Positions 1-8,119 of a DNA stretch of 52,086 bases are shown in pieces. A program made the position numbers and the translations under genes. Each line of letters starts with the position of its first letter. Within the stretch, counting starts at the first letter, position 1. Location of the stretch: positions 1 through 52,086 of the IMG/VR virus record IMGVR_UViG_3300027362_000002, one strand, 5' to 3'. This DNA comes from a virus (lineage: Duplodnaviria > Caudoviricetes). A model generated the notes under the pieces. That model was not told the origin of the DNA. It saw only the letters and a list, made by a program, of their open reading frames with translations, and did no database searches.

Positions 1-127
1 GAATTCGGCGGGAACCTGAGTGCCGACGAAATCGACATCCAGTCGTTCATTGACGCTGCAAATGCGTGTGATGTCCCGACGACATTTAACGTCAAGTACA
101 TCAGAGACGGGGATGAGGTCATCCCGA
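1..127. repeat. Terminal direct repeat, left copy (assembly circularisation overlap)
   Basis: Identical to 51960-52086 and falls inside an open reading frame. Confidence 0.97.
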
Positions 128-1818
128 TCGAGGTCGAGGAGCCTCGCTATATCTGCGGCATCGTCGCCAAAACAGACGCTAACGCGGGGGATGTATTCGA
201 GGAAATCATCGCTTCGATGGCCGGGCAATACGGCTGGAGCGGCGGCAAGTTGAGGGTTCGGGCCGGTACCTACACAGCGCCAGTTGCCACTGTCACAGAG
301 TCATGGGCGAGTGGCAAAGAACCGATCAGCATACAGCCGGCTACCGGGATGGCGGACACCTACAACGTGCTCCGGCCGACGATCTCTGATAAGGATCGGG
401 ACTACGTCATCACGCCGATCGCGCAAATTCGGGCCGATGCCTACGTCACGGCTGACGGTCAGGAGTTGCCGAGCGAAATTACGCTGAGCGGGGTTACCTC
501 GGGCTGGCACGCGCAGGATATCTGCGAGGTCATGCTGCTGGAGGGCCGGCAGGCGATGACCGCTACGCTGCCGCTGAACATGCGGGCGTTTGCGCTTGAA
601 CTGTTCGATGTCATCGAGGTCACACTACCGGCTTACGGGTGGACGGCAAAGACATTCGAGGTCCGCGTCTGGCGATTCAGCGCGTTCGGTGGCATCGTTC
701 TATTGCTGCGCGAGATCGCCGCGACGAGCTATGACCCGGCAACACTGTTCACGCTGGAGGATTTGGCAGATAACACGGAGCTTCCCAAACCGTGGGTAGT
801 CGATCCTGTCGAGGGCCTGATGGTCACGTCGGGCGCGTTCACGGAAACCGCGCAGATTGTCACGCGAACACTGGTGACGTGGAATCTGCACAGTCAGGCA
901 GCGGTACGGCAAAACGGCCGTATCGAGATTCAGTTCGTCGATACCGGAGAACTTGGTCCGCAATTTGTTCGTTGGGTCAATGATCTAGGCGAAGAGGTTA
1001 TCTGGCTCGATGATGATGGCACCGGGGCCGCGTGGTTCAGTGCTGACGGATCGGTCCCTGTCATCCTCGAATGGGTCAACGACAACGGTGTGCTCCTGTG
1101 GGAAAACGACATCGAAACCACGCTTGAGTGGTATGTCGATGTATTCCGTGCTTCGGTCCCGGCTGGTGATTGGCAGGCCATCTATGAGCCCGGCGGAAGC
1201 ACATCTCACCTGATCGTCGGCCTATCTCCGGGCCATTCGTTCCTGTTCCGCGCGCGGGCCATCAACTCCATCGGAGTGCGCTCTATATGGTCGACGCAGA
1301 TCAGCATCGTTATTCCGATTCAACCGCTGGTGCAAACGACAGGTATTGCACAGGGGTCGATGACGGAGGTGATTACTACCGTTGTTGAAACTGACACGTG
1401 GACAACAACGATACCGAGCATACAGGATCGGAAACTCGGCCAGACTTCATACTACAACACTAGCGGCGGTGTCGTAACTATTGAGTTTAGTCTCGCGTCT
1501 CAGCGCAGGGTTACGACACCGACTGACACGCTATCGCTGGATGTCGTTGCGTTCCTATCAATTGTCGAGACGGGCGACGGTTTGCCGGGCGGCGGGATAC
1601 TTGTAGGGCCATTGGATGACGGTATCTCACAGGTCGAAAACATGGGGCCAGGAGAGTCGCGCACATTCACTGAGTCTCATGTATGGTCACTTGAATTGGA
1701 CGACGGTCACAGTGTCGCGGCTGAATCTATACTGCGCACGATACCTGGTGCAAGCGTAGTTGGAATCGAAATAGTTACCAGCAATCTAGCGCTTCGAATG
1801 ACTGTCATAAAACGATAG
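1..1818 (+). CDS. Tail tip / host-specificity protein (lambda J-like), 3' part of a 922-aa gene starting at 51009 and wrapping the origin
   Basis: Frame 1 (EFGGNLSADEIDIQSFIDAANACD...) is continuous with ORF 217-1818 and with the ATG at 51009. Contains an FN3-like motif (GLSPGHSFLFRARAINSIGVRSIWS) and follows the NlpC-like gene. Confidence 0.88.
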   Translation, partial: EFGGNLSADEIDIQSFIDAANACDVPTTFNVKYIRDGDEVIPIEVEEPRYICGIVAKTDANAGDVFEEIIASMAGQYGWSGGKLRVRAGTYTAPVATVTESWASGKEPISIQPATGMADTYNVLRPTISDKDRDYVITPIAQIRADAYVTADGQELPSEITLSGVTSGWHAQDICEVMLLEGRQAMTATLPLNMRAFALELFDVIEVTLPAYGWTAKTFEVRVWRFSAFGGIVLLLREIAATSYDPATLFTLEDLADNTELPKPWVVDPVEGLMVTSGAFTETAQIVTRTLVTWNLHSQAAVRQNGRIEIQFVDTGELGPQFVRWVNDLGEEVIWLDDDGTGAAWFSADGSVPVILEWVNDNGVLLWENDIETTLEWYVDVFRASVPAGDWQAIYEPGGSTSHLIVGLSPGHSFLFRARAINSIGVRSIWSTQISIVIPIQPLVQTTGIAQGSMTEVITTVVETDTWTTTIPSIQDRKLGQTSYYNTSGGVVTIEFSLASQRRVTTPTDTLSLDVVAFLSIVETGDGLPGGGILVGPLDDGISQVENMGPGESRTFTESHVWSLELDDGHSVAAESILRTIPGASVVGIEIVTSNLALRMTVIKR

Positions 1819-1826
1819 GAAATAAC

Positions 1827-3332
1827 ATGCCACTACCGCACATCTTCGCCACGCTGACGAGCCCGGCCAACGCTAACAAACTGGATGCGAATTTTGATGC
1901 TCTAGAATCTGCTACTGGTTCTGTGTTGCCTTCTACGGTGACGGCCGCTCAGGTCGAGACCATCCTCGCGGCCAGTGGCTACATCCGCTTCGTATCCGGC
2001 GTGACGTATAACCTAGCAGACGATATAGCAATACCTGCGAATAGCAAAATCGTGGTTGAGAAGGGCGCGACGGTTATCAATACTGGCGGCCGTTTCACAG
2101 CTTACGACGTTGATAACGTCGAGTGGCATATAGACGGGTGGGTGAAGTCAGTCTCGATGGTTGCAGCGTCGTACCAGACTGGGTGGAGCACATCGTCTCC
2201 ATACGTTGAGCGAGGATTCATCGAATTCGGCTCGTCTACTGCTGCCGCAAGGTCGGGATTTTTGGTTCATGGAACAGGGAAGGTCAGCGCAGATTGGACC
2301 GGTACGCCCAATGTTTCCGACTTTGCGAATCAGATGAATACGAAGGGCATAGCAGCATGGAACCCAGCAAACGTGCTAGTAGAAGGTCTCGACATTTTCG
2401 GATTCAACGGTGAAGCGGTGTACGCATTTTTCTTCGATGCCTCGTCGAAGAACATAGTATTCCACAACAACAACGTGCATGATACTCGGTTCAATGCACT
2501 CAATTTCAACGCCGCCACTAATGGCGGAGGCTGCAAGATACACAATAATCGAGTGAAAAATGCCTATGCAATTGAGTTGTCCGTTGGTGAATGCACAGAC
2601 AACTATGTAGATTCCTGCATAGGCTTTGGCATATGGACCGGAGTTGGTGCAGGTTATGGCCAAGTGGTCATCAGCAGGAATACCGTTATCAATACTGGTC
2701 CGACCGCAGGGGCACACGGAATTGCTGCCGTGTATGCGAGCGGAAGCCCGGTCACTGGTGTAGATATATGCGATAACATCATCGTGAATTCCAACGATTA
2801 CAGCATCTACGTAGACTACATACGCGAGTTCACGATTCGCGGGAACAAGTGCATAGGATCGGGTCAGGGCGCAGGCGCTTATGACATCGGAGTAAATCAT
2901 TCCCTACGAGGGTCTGTATCCGAGAACACCTTCCTGTCGCCTGGGGCGTTCGCTCAATCTGGCCGAATTGGTATTGGAGCAGGAAACTACGACGTTTCGA
3001 TATGCCCAGATAGCAATATCTATCTCGCTACCACAGGAACCGCGCCGCCAGTTGTCGGTAACGGCGTGCAGACGGTAGCGTCTACAGCGACCATGACGCT
3101 GCCTGTTCTCGGTAGCATCTTCTCGATCAGCGGCGCGAACGCAATCACAAGCATACCTGCAACGAATCAGGCAGGCAGGACTGTAACGCTGGTTTTTTCA
3201 GGAAGCGGCGCAGTGCTGACGGATGGCGGGAACCTAAAACTCGCTGGAGACCTTTCAGCAACGACTGACGATACAGCTACGCTCGTCTGCGACGGTACGA
3301 ACTGGCACGAAGTCTGTCGGTCTGTGAATTGA
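1827..3332 (+). CDS. Tailspike / receptor-binding protein with parallel beta-helix (pectate-lyase-like) repeats
   Basis: Asn/Gly-rich beta-helix-type repeats (NIVFHNNNVHD, VVISRNTVIN, VDICDNIIVN, FTIRGNKCIG); directly after the tail tip gene. Confidence 0.8.
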   Translation: MPLPHIFATLTSPANANKLDANFDALESATGSVLPSTVTAAQVETILAASGYIRFVSGVTYNLADDIAIPANSKIVVEKGATVINTGGRFTAYDVDNVEWHIDGWVKSVSMVAASYQTGWSTSSPYVERGFIEFGSSTAAARSGFLVHGTGKVSADWTGTPNVSDFANQMNTKGIAAWNPANVLVEGLDIFGFNGEAVYAFFFDASSKNIVFHNNNVHDTRFNALNFNAATNGGGCKIHNNRVKNAYAIELSVGECTDNYVDSCIGFGIWTGVGAGYGQVVISRNTVINTGPTAGAHGIAAVYASGSPVTGVDICDNIIVNSNDYSIYVDYIREFTIRGNKCIGSGQGAGAYDIGVNHSLRGSVSENTFLSPGAFAQSGRIGIGAGNYDVSICPDSNIYLATTGTAPPVVGNGVQTVASTATMTLPVLGSIFSISGANAITSIPATNQAGRTVTLVFSGSGAVLTDGGNLKLAGDLSATTDDTATLVCDGTNWHEVCRSVN

Positions 3333-3441
3333 TGACTACGTAATGGTCGCATACTGTTAACCTGTAAGAGTTGACAATAGACGCCTCCCAAGAAGGAGCC
3401 AAGAATGCCGCATTGTTGTGGGATTGAGTGAAGGGTAAGTC

Positions 3442-3636
3442 ATGATTTCCCTTCTCATCACCATCATCATCTTCGCCATCGTGGCCGGTCTCTTGTACTG
3501 GCTCGTAGGAATGCTTCCAATTCCCGAACCGTTCAGGACTATCATCAAAGTCTGCGCGATCCTGATCTGCATATTGATCGTGCTTGGTGTCGCGTTCGGC
3601 GACATCGCAGTCCCGCGATTGCAGGGCTTGAGGTAG
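3442..3636 (+). CDS. Small two-TM membrane protein (holin-like candidate)
   Basis: Two hydrophobic helices around LPIPEPF; start of the lysis block. Confidence 0.65.
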   Translation: MISLLITIIIFAIVAGLLYWLVGMLPIPEPFRTIIKVCAILICILIVLGVAFGDIAVPRLQGLR

Positions 3637-3642
3637 ATTGAT

Positions 3643-3903
3643 ATGGACGATGACGAGCAGCGTAGTCAATTCTGGATGCGGGTTGCCGGTATCGGGTTCG
3701 CGGTGTGGTCGCTTATGCTTCCGATAGCCGCGCTGATGGTGCAATCCAGCCTTAGCGACTTGGCAAAATCAAATACTGCTATGGCCAGTCGTTTAGAGAA
3801 TTACATACTCGGGATGGAAGCGCGCGTCACGCGGATCGAAGAAAGGCAAAGCGTGGTCATGCGTTCTATTGAACAGTTGCAGCGCGACCCACGGCCGAGA
3901 TGA
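3643..3903 (+). CDS. Single-TM protein with coiled-coil tail (lysis-associated)
   Basis: GAGG RBS, one TM segment, heptad-like C-terminus. Confidence 0.6.
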   Translation: MDDDEQRSQFWMRVAGIGFAVWSLMLPIAALMVQSSLSDLAKSNTAMASRLENYILGMEARVTRIEERQSVVMRSIEQLQRDPRPR

Positions 3904-3910
3904 GCATGCC

Positions 3911-4282
3911 GTGAACGCTCAGGAGAACGACAGTTATCTACAAGCGCTCATCTCGTCACTGACAATTAACGTTCTGATCCCGCTGGTAGGCTTCATAGCG
4001 ATATTCGGCGCATTCGTCTGGGTACTCGCAAAGGCCCAAAAATCCGACGATTTCGACGCATCGGAATTCCTCCGGGACGACAAAGGCAAACTGTCGAAGG
4101 GCGGCTTGTTTGCGTTCATCGCTTGCGCGGCTCATACTTGGGCTCTTATGGTCGAGACGATCAACGGAAGGCTGACGTGGGAATTCACCATGATCTATGC
4201 CCTGACGTGGAGCGGTTCCCTGGTACTCTTGGAGGGCATCAAGGCGTGGCAAGCGAAACCTCCTGTGGTGGAGGATACGTGA
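3911..4282 (+). CDS. Three-TM membrane protein, holin candidate
   Basis: Three hydrophobic segments, upstream of the endolysin. Start uncertain (GTG 3911; ORF open from 3869). Confidence 0.6.
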   Translation: MNAQENDSYLQALISSLTINVLIPLVGFIAIFGAFVWVLAKAQKSDDFDASEFLRDDKGKLSKGGLFAFIACAAHTWALMVETINGRLTWEFTMIYALTWSGSLVLLEGIKAWQAKPPVVEDT

Positions 4283-4455
4283 CTCTTGAAGACGCTTTCA
4301 ATGCCGGCGCGGAAGCGATGGCACGGCAGATCGCTGCGCTTGCGTTGAGTGCGGGCTTCGTCGGGATAGCGATCAAGGTCATGGAACTGGAGCGACCGGT
4401 TATGTATGACAACACCGTCGAAGAGATTGAGCCATGTGGTCCCTACTGTTCATAG
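4279..4455 (+). CDS. Hypothetical protein
   Basis: GGAGG RBS and GTGA overlap with the upstream stop (MTLEDAFNAGAEAMARQ...). Confidence 0.5.
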   Translation: MTLEDAFNAGAEAMARQIAALALSAGFVGIAIKVMELERPVMYDNTVEEIEPCGPYCS

Positions 4456-4647
4456 TAGGAATCTTCGCGGACGGCAGTATCAAGGGCGTAGCTATAGGAG
4501 TGATTCCTGACGAAACAGAGAGAGTGCATCAGGATGGCCGCCGAAGTCAACGACAAGCCTAACACGTACCCGCTGAAGTGGAGCAGAGCTTCATGCTTGC
4601 TGATCCCGAATCCGAAAGAAGTAATCGAGCGCAAGGAGTCGTTATGA
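4434..4647 (+). pseudogene. Small exported-type protein apparently frameshifted at an (AG)4 run
   Basis: MWSLLFIVGIFADGSIKGVAIGVIPDETE continues in another frame as ECIRMAAEVND...SCLLIPNPKEVIERKESL, whose stop overlaps the endolysin ATG (ATGA). Confidence 0.5.
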
Positions 4648-5105
4648 TCGATGAAAAGGTTACGCCGTCGTTTTGGTTGTCAGAGTTCTTGTTGTCCGAT
4701 ACGGCCGTCCGAAAGGGGCTCGATAACATGCCGCACGCGATCCAATTGGCGAACCTGAAGAACATCCTTATGCCAAACATGCAGGCGGTCAGGGACTCCC
4801 TAGGTTGCCCGGTGTTCGTCACCAGCGGCTACCGATCCCCAGAAGTCAATCGGGCTGTAGGCGGGGCACCAACGAGCGATCATGTCCAGGGGCTGGCGGC
4901 AGACTTCAAGGCACCAGAGTTCGGTCCACCGATCAAGGTCGCCCACTACATCCTCGAACACATGGATCTGAAGTTCAAGCAACTCATAGCAGAGGGCCAG
5001 TGGGTTCATATATCATTCCCGGCTATGGGTGAAATGGCGAAGCGAGAAGTTCTAACCGCTCACTTCGGAGACGGGCCAGTGAGCTATACCCAAGGGCTTG
5101 CATGA
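4644..5105 (+). CDS. Endolysin, peptidase M15A family
   Basis: SGYRSPEVNRAVGG..SDHVQGLAAD and WVHIS zinc motifs; AAGGAG RBS before ATG 4644. Confidence 0.92.
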   Translation: MIDEKVTPSFWLSEFLLSDTAVRKGLDNMPHAIQLANLKNILMPNMQAVRDSLGCPVFVTSGYRSPEVNRAVGGAPTSDHVQGLAADFKAPEFGPPIKVAHYILEHMDLKFKQLIAEGQWVHISFPAMGEMAKREVLTAHFGDGPVSYTQGLA

Positions 5106-5572
5106 TTCAACTACTGCTTAGACTGATCCCGACGTGGGGATGGGCTGCACTTATTGCAGGCAGCCTATCACTTGCGTTCGCTTGGCATCTATATGATAGG
5201 CGCCAAGCTGTCGCTCAGGGTAGAGCCGAGTGTGAAGCCGTTCACCAAGCAGCAGTTCTAAAAGCCACGCAACAAGCACGACAGGTCGAAGAGAATTGGC
5301 AATCCGATGCAAAGGTGGCCGAAGATGTGTACAAAGCTGAACTACGCCGGATCACTGCTGATCGTGACCGCGCTATTGCCCGGCTGCGCAACAACGCCAG
5401 TCGAAGTAGTGTGCCCCCGGTTGCCCAACCCGCCGCAGATGCTGGAAGTACCTCCACCGTTTCTGCCTCAGATGGAATTGTTCTTATCGAACTCGCGAGT
5501 GAAGCCGACAGACTCCGCGCCGGCTACCAAGCCTGCATCTCCTACGTCCAGTCGGTGACTAAGACGCCGTAG
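5102..5572 (+). CDS. Rz: i-spanin (Rz-like)
   Basis: N-terminal TM plus coiled coil, after the endolysin; ends ADRLRAGYQACISYV. Confidence 0.85.
   Translation: MIQLLLRLIPTWGWAALIAGSLSLAFAWHLYDRRQAVAQGRAECEAVHQAAVLKATQQARQVEENWQSDAKVAEDVYKAELRRITADRDRAIARLRNNASRSSVPPVAQPAADAGSTSTVSASDGIVLIELASEADRLRAGYQACISYVQSVTKTP
5325..5558 (+). CDS. Rz1: o-spanin lipoprotein (Rz1-like) embedded in Rz in the +1 frame
   Basis: Signal peptide with lipobox LLPG-C and a Pro-rich mature part; fully nested in Rz. Confidence 0.8.
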   Translation: MCTKLNYAGSLLIVTALLPGCATTPVEVVCPRLPNPPQMLEVPPPFLPQMELFLSNSRVKPTDSAPATKPASPTSSR

Positions 5573-5680
5573 CTTCACTATTTCGTCGATGCAGTCTTGC
5601 AGTAGTCGCAGCTTGCGATAACCATCCAGCGGCATGTCTATGGGCAGCGCAGTTCGTAGCCTGTCCAGGATGTCCATCAA
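5468..5680 (-). CDS. Hypothetical protein
   Basis: MDILDRLR...DEIVKLR pattern also seen in ORF 10767-11102; coupled to the upstream ORF. Confidence 0.5.
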   Translation of the reverse strand: MMDILDRLRTALPIDMPLDGYRKLRLLQDCIDEIVKLRRLSHRLDVGDAGLVAGAESVGFTREFDKNNSI

Positions 5681-5874
5681 CTGTTCTCAAGCGGAACGGA
5701 TGGAAACGGCCATTCACCAATCTCCCACGGATCGGGCTCCGGCCCGGGCGGCGGTTGAGGCTCCGTAGGCTTGTTAGGCACCGCGGGTAGCGGATCGGTC
5801 TCGTCGAGTGGCTTGATGTTCATGTGATATTCCAATCCTAGGTTGGGGCGCGGCCGTGGCAACGGTCCCACCAA
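5677..5874 (-). CDS. Hypothetical Pro-rich protein (start may be 5823)
   Basis: Tiles the leftward operon. Confidence 0.4.
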   Translation of the reverse strand: MVGPLPRPRPNLGLEYHMNIKPLDETDPLPAVPNKPTEPQPPPGPEPDPWEIGEWPFPSVPLENS

Positions 5875-6044
5875 GCATTCAACGCAGACAGAAGCCTGGA
5901 TACGTGGCTATCACGCGCACAAAATGTCATGTCAGGTATCGTCCCCTCATGTGGCCATTCGATGTCTGGAACATGGAGTGGGCCATTGGAGAACCGCACG
6001 ACTTCACCCGTTGCTGTCTGTTTGCGAATTAACTTTGTGTTCAT
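5838..6044 (-). CDS. Hypothetical protein
   Basis: Tiles the leftward operon. Confidence 0.45.
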   Translation of the reverse strand: MNTKLIRKQTATGEVVRFSNGPLHVPDIEWPHEGTIPDMTFCARDSHVSRLLSALNAWWDRCHGRAPT

Positions 6045-6213
6045 TGCATATCCCGTTCTTGTTCACCATCACGTGAATCCGAGTGCAGTAGAGCCTCTGG
6101 CATTTGCTGTAGTGCGTCATGGTAGAGTGCCGGCAGTCAGAGCAACTAGGCGTGCGCTTGGACGAGTAGCCGAATCTGGCTAATTTGCTAAGGCGGGCCT
6201 CGTTCTCTGTCAC
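6004..6213 (-). CDS. Small Cys-rich protein
   Basis: CxxC...C...CxxH pattern; GTGA overlap with the upstream stop. Confidence 0.5.
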   Translation of the reverse strand: MTENEARLSKLARFGYSSKRTPSCSDCRHSTMTHYSKCQRLYCTRIHVMVNKNGICNEHKVNSQTDSNG

Positions 6214-6671
6214 GGTTTTATATGCGTTCCATCACTCGCCTTTAAGATGTCTTCGACTTCATCGGCCATGACAGCTCTGAATGCATCTGGATCGTCTATC
6301 ATCACATAGGCATTGAACAGACTCTCCATTACCATGAAAGCTCGAAGCAAGTGAGGCAATCGAGAACCATTCACAGAATTCGGATGGACACAGGTTGGAT
6401 CGTGATCTAGCCCCATGAATGCACTACAAACAATTGGCGTGACATCGCCAACATCAACATAGTCATAACTAGGGTGCGCTGCGAGCAATAGCTTTTCGCT
6501 GCGTCTTATGGCCTTCTTGGCGTCCCTGAATGCTTTGATGCAACAACGTATGCCAACTGACGGATCAACGTCATCCGCAGTCAATGGTTGCATTGCACCC
6601 CATGCTACGTTAAGCCCTACGCGAGCAATATTTTCCCATTCCCGATCAGTTAGTTCATATGTCTTCATCAT
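6210..6671 (-). CDS. Hypothetical protein
   Basis: 153-aa ORF with GAGG RBS. Confidence 0.65.
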   Translation of the reverse strand: MMKTYELTDREWENIARVGLNVAWGAMQPLTADDVDPSVGIRCCIKAFRDAKKAIRRSEKLLLAAHPSYDYVDVGDVTPIVCSAFMGLDHDPTCVHPNSVNGSRLPHLLRAFMVMESLFNAYVMIDDPDAFRAVMADEVEDILKASDGTHIKP

Positions 6672-6954
6672 AACCTCTGCATTCGTACTTTCCGCTCGCT
6701 TCGTATTCCTGTCTGGCGCGCTCGCTCTCAGCCGCCAGAGTCTCCAGGATGTACTCTGCTGTACGGTCTAGCCAATCGAATGAGAACTCGGCAGGATCGA
6801 CTCTGAGACCGTCTACCCTGACTGTGGTTATCTCGACCGCCTTCGGGACATCCTCAGTGCTCCAGCGTCCTTCCGTATACATATGACACTCATACTCAAC
6901 GAGTACCTCGGCGTCACTGAGAGGGCAGAGCTTGGTGTTCATACGTTTCTCCAT
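6655..6954 (-). CDS. Hypothetical acidic protein
   Basis: Tiles the operon; GGAG RBS before ATG 6942. Confidence 0.6.
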   Translation of the reverse strand: MEKRMNTKLCPLSDAEVLVEYECHMYTEGRWSTEDVPKAVEITTVRVDGLRVDPAEFSFDWLDRTAEYILETLAAESERARQEYEASGKYECRGYDEDI

Positions 6955-7595
6955 AGTTCACACGGTCCGCCGTGTTTGCTTTTGTATGAGCATCGTTTAC
7001 ATGATTGCTCACTAGGTGTTGGCGTATAGGTTTCGTCAGCCAGCATTGCCTCTGCTTCTGAGTGCCATCTATCACGATGCGCTTCAAGCTCTTCAAGCCC
7101 ATAGTCACGCTCATGCAGCGTCGTTCCGTGGTCTATGTAAACCGCCTTGATTTTGACAGATGATACCTGCTCTGCGCGCGCGCCAATGATGGCGTAAAGC
7201 TGCAATTGATCAGCGTGATAATCCTTAATCTTCCCACTTTTGAAGTCCGTAATGTGAAGCGTGTCATCATCGACGTATGAGGCATCAAGGAAGCCTTTGA
7301 CCCACTGCGAGCTTTTCTCGCAGACGTTCCAGTTCTTGTCTAGTCTGAAATAGCGCTCACATGCCGCACCTTTCTCACGCAACTCGATCAGGGTTTGCTG
7401 GATCCGCAGCAACGGTGGGATGATGTGGTCTATTTGGCGAGATATATAGCGCTCACAATGTAAGTGCAGATTACTGCCTCTACGCATCCAAAACGTAGCC
7501 TTTGTAGGCAGCCTATCGACGTGGTTATGTTTCCACATGCGCGGGCATTTTCTGTACTCCGCAAGGCTTGAATATGACCACTGGCCTGACTTCAC
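6939..7595 (-). CDS. PD-(D/E)XK exonuclease, RecB/Cas4-like
   Basis: WSYSSL..Y..CP, G..LH, LDA...DFKSGK, QLQLYA and C-terminal CxxC...C; GTG start overlaps the upstream TGA. Confidence 0.88.
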   Translation of the reverse strand: MKSGQWSYSSLAEYRKCPRMWKHNHVDRLPTKATFWMRRGSNLHLHCERYISRQIDHIIPPLLRIQQTLIELREKGAACERYFRLDKNWNVCEKSSQWVKGFLDASYVDDDTLHITDFKSGKIKDYHADQLQLYAIIGARAEQVSSVKIKAVYIDHGTTLHERDYGLEELEAHRDRWHSEAEAMLADETYTPTPSEQSCKRCSYKSKHGGPCELWRNV

Positions 7596-8119
7596 GCCGC
7601 TTCCATCGCTTCTTCGTCGTTGACCCAAGCATCCGAGAACTCTCGATCCTCGAACAGCGCCGCGAGCCCGGTGATTTGCTTGAGACGCAGCAGTTCGTCT
7701 TTGTCCATGCCGATGTGGCGCAGAATCCACGCGTCAGACATGCCGGCCGTAGTCAACTCAGCGACGATGCTGGACATGAGTTCGATGCTGTGCGAGCCGC
7801 GAGCACGGTTGTGACGGATCGTTGACGCCATCCGGTTCGAGATATCTTTCTCGATCACGACGACAGGCATCAGACCCTTCTCACGCTCCATGATGCGGTC
7901 GCTGCGAAGCATCGTTGTGTAGCGGTGATAGCCGTCAACAATCTCGTACACGTCATCCTCCGCCACGTAGTAGCAGACGATCGGCATGGTGTAGCCGTCC
8001 TCCCAAATCGAAAGTTCTAGAAGCTTCATCTCTGGAGGAGCTACGGCGTTGGGGTTATAAGCATTAGCGCGAATCTTTTCCAGCGGGATCGCGCGCACGT
8101 TGTAGACTGGGCTATTCAT
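7592..8119 (-). CDS. ibrB: IbrB/YbdM-like ParB/Srx N-terminal domain protein
   Basis: NAYNPNAVAPPEMKLLELSIWEDGYTMPIV, IVDGYHR and RMASTIRHNRARG motifs. Confidence 0.88.
   Translation of the reverse strand: MNSPVYNVRAIPLEKIRANAYNPNAVAPPEMKLLELSIWEDGYTMPIVCYYVAEDDVYEIVDGYHRYTTMLRSDRIMEREKGLMPVVVIEKDISNRMASTIRHNRARGSHSIELMSSIVAELTTAGMSDAWILRHIGMDKDELLRLKQITGLAALFEDREFSDAWVNDEEAMEAA

Noticed and set aside
1-127. 127-bp terminal repeat as a biological DTR
   Set aside because: It falls in the middle of the tail-tip gene and its length matches a common assembler k-mer. The HNH/terS region points to cos ends near 22055 instead.
1827-3332. Diversity-generating retroelement targeting the tailspike
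   Set aside because: No reverse transcriptase gene and no template/variable repeat pair seen.
6939-7595. Cas4 as evidence of a CRISPR system
   Set aside because: Stand-alone RecB/Cas4-like nucleases are common in phages, and there is no cas1, cas2 or array.
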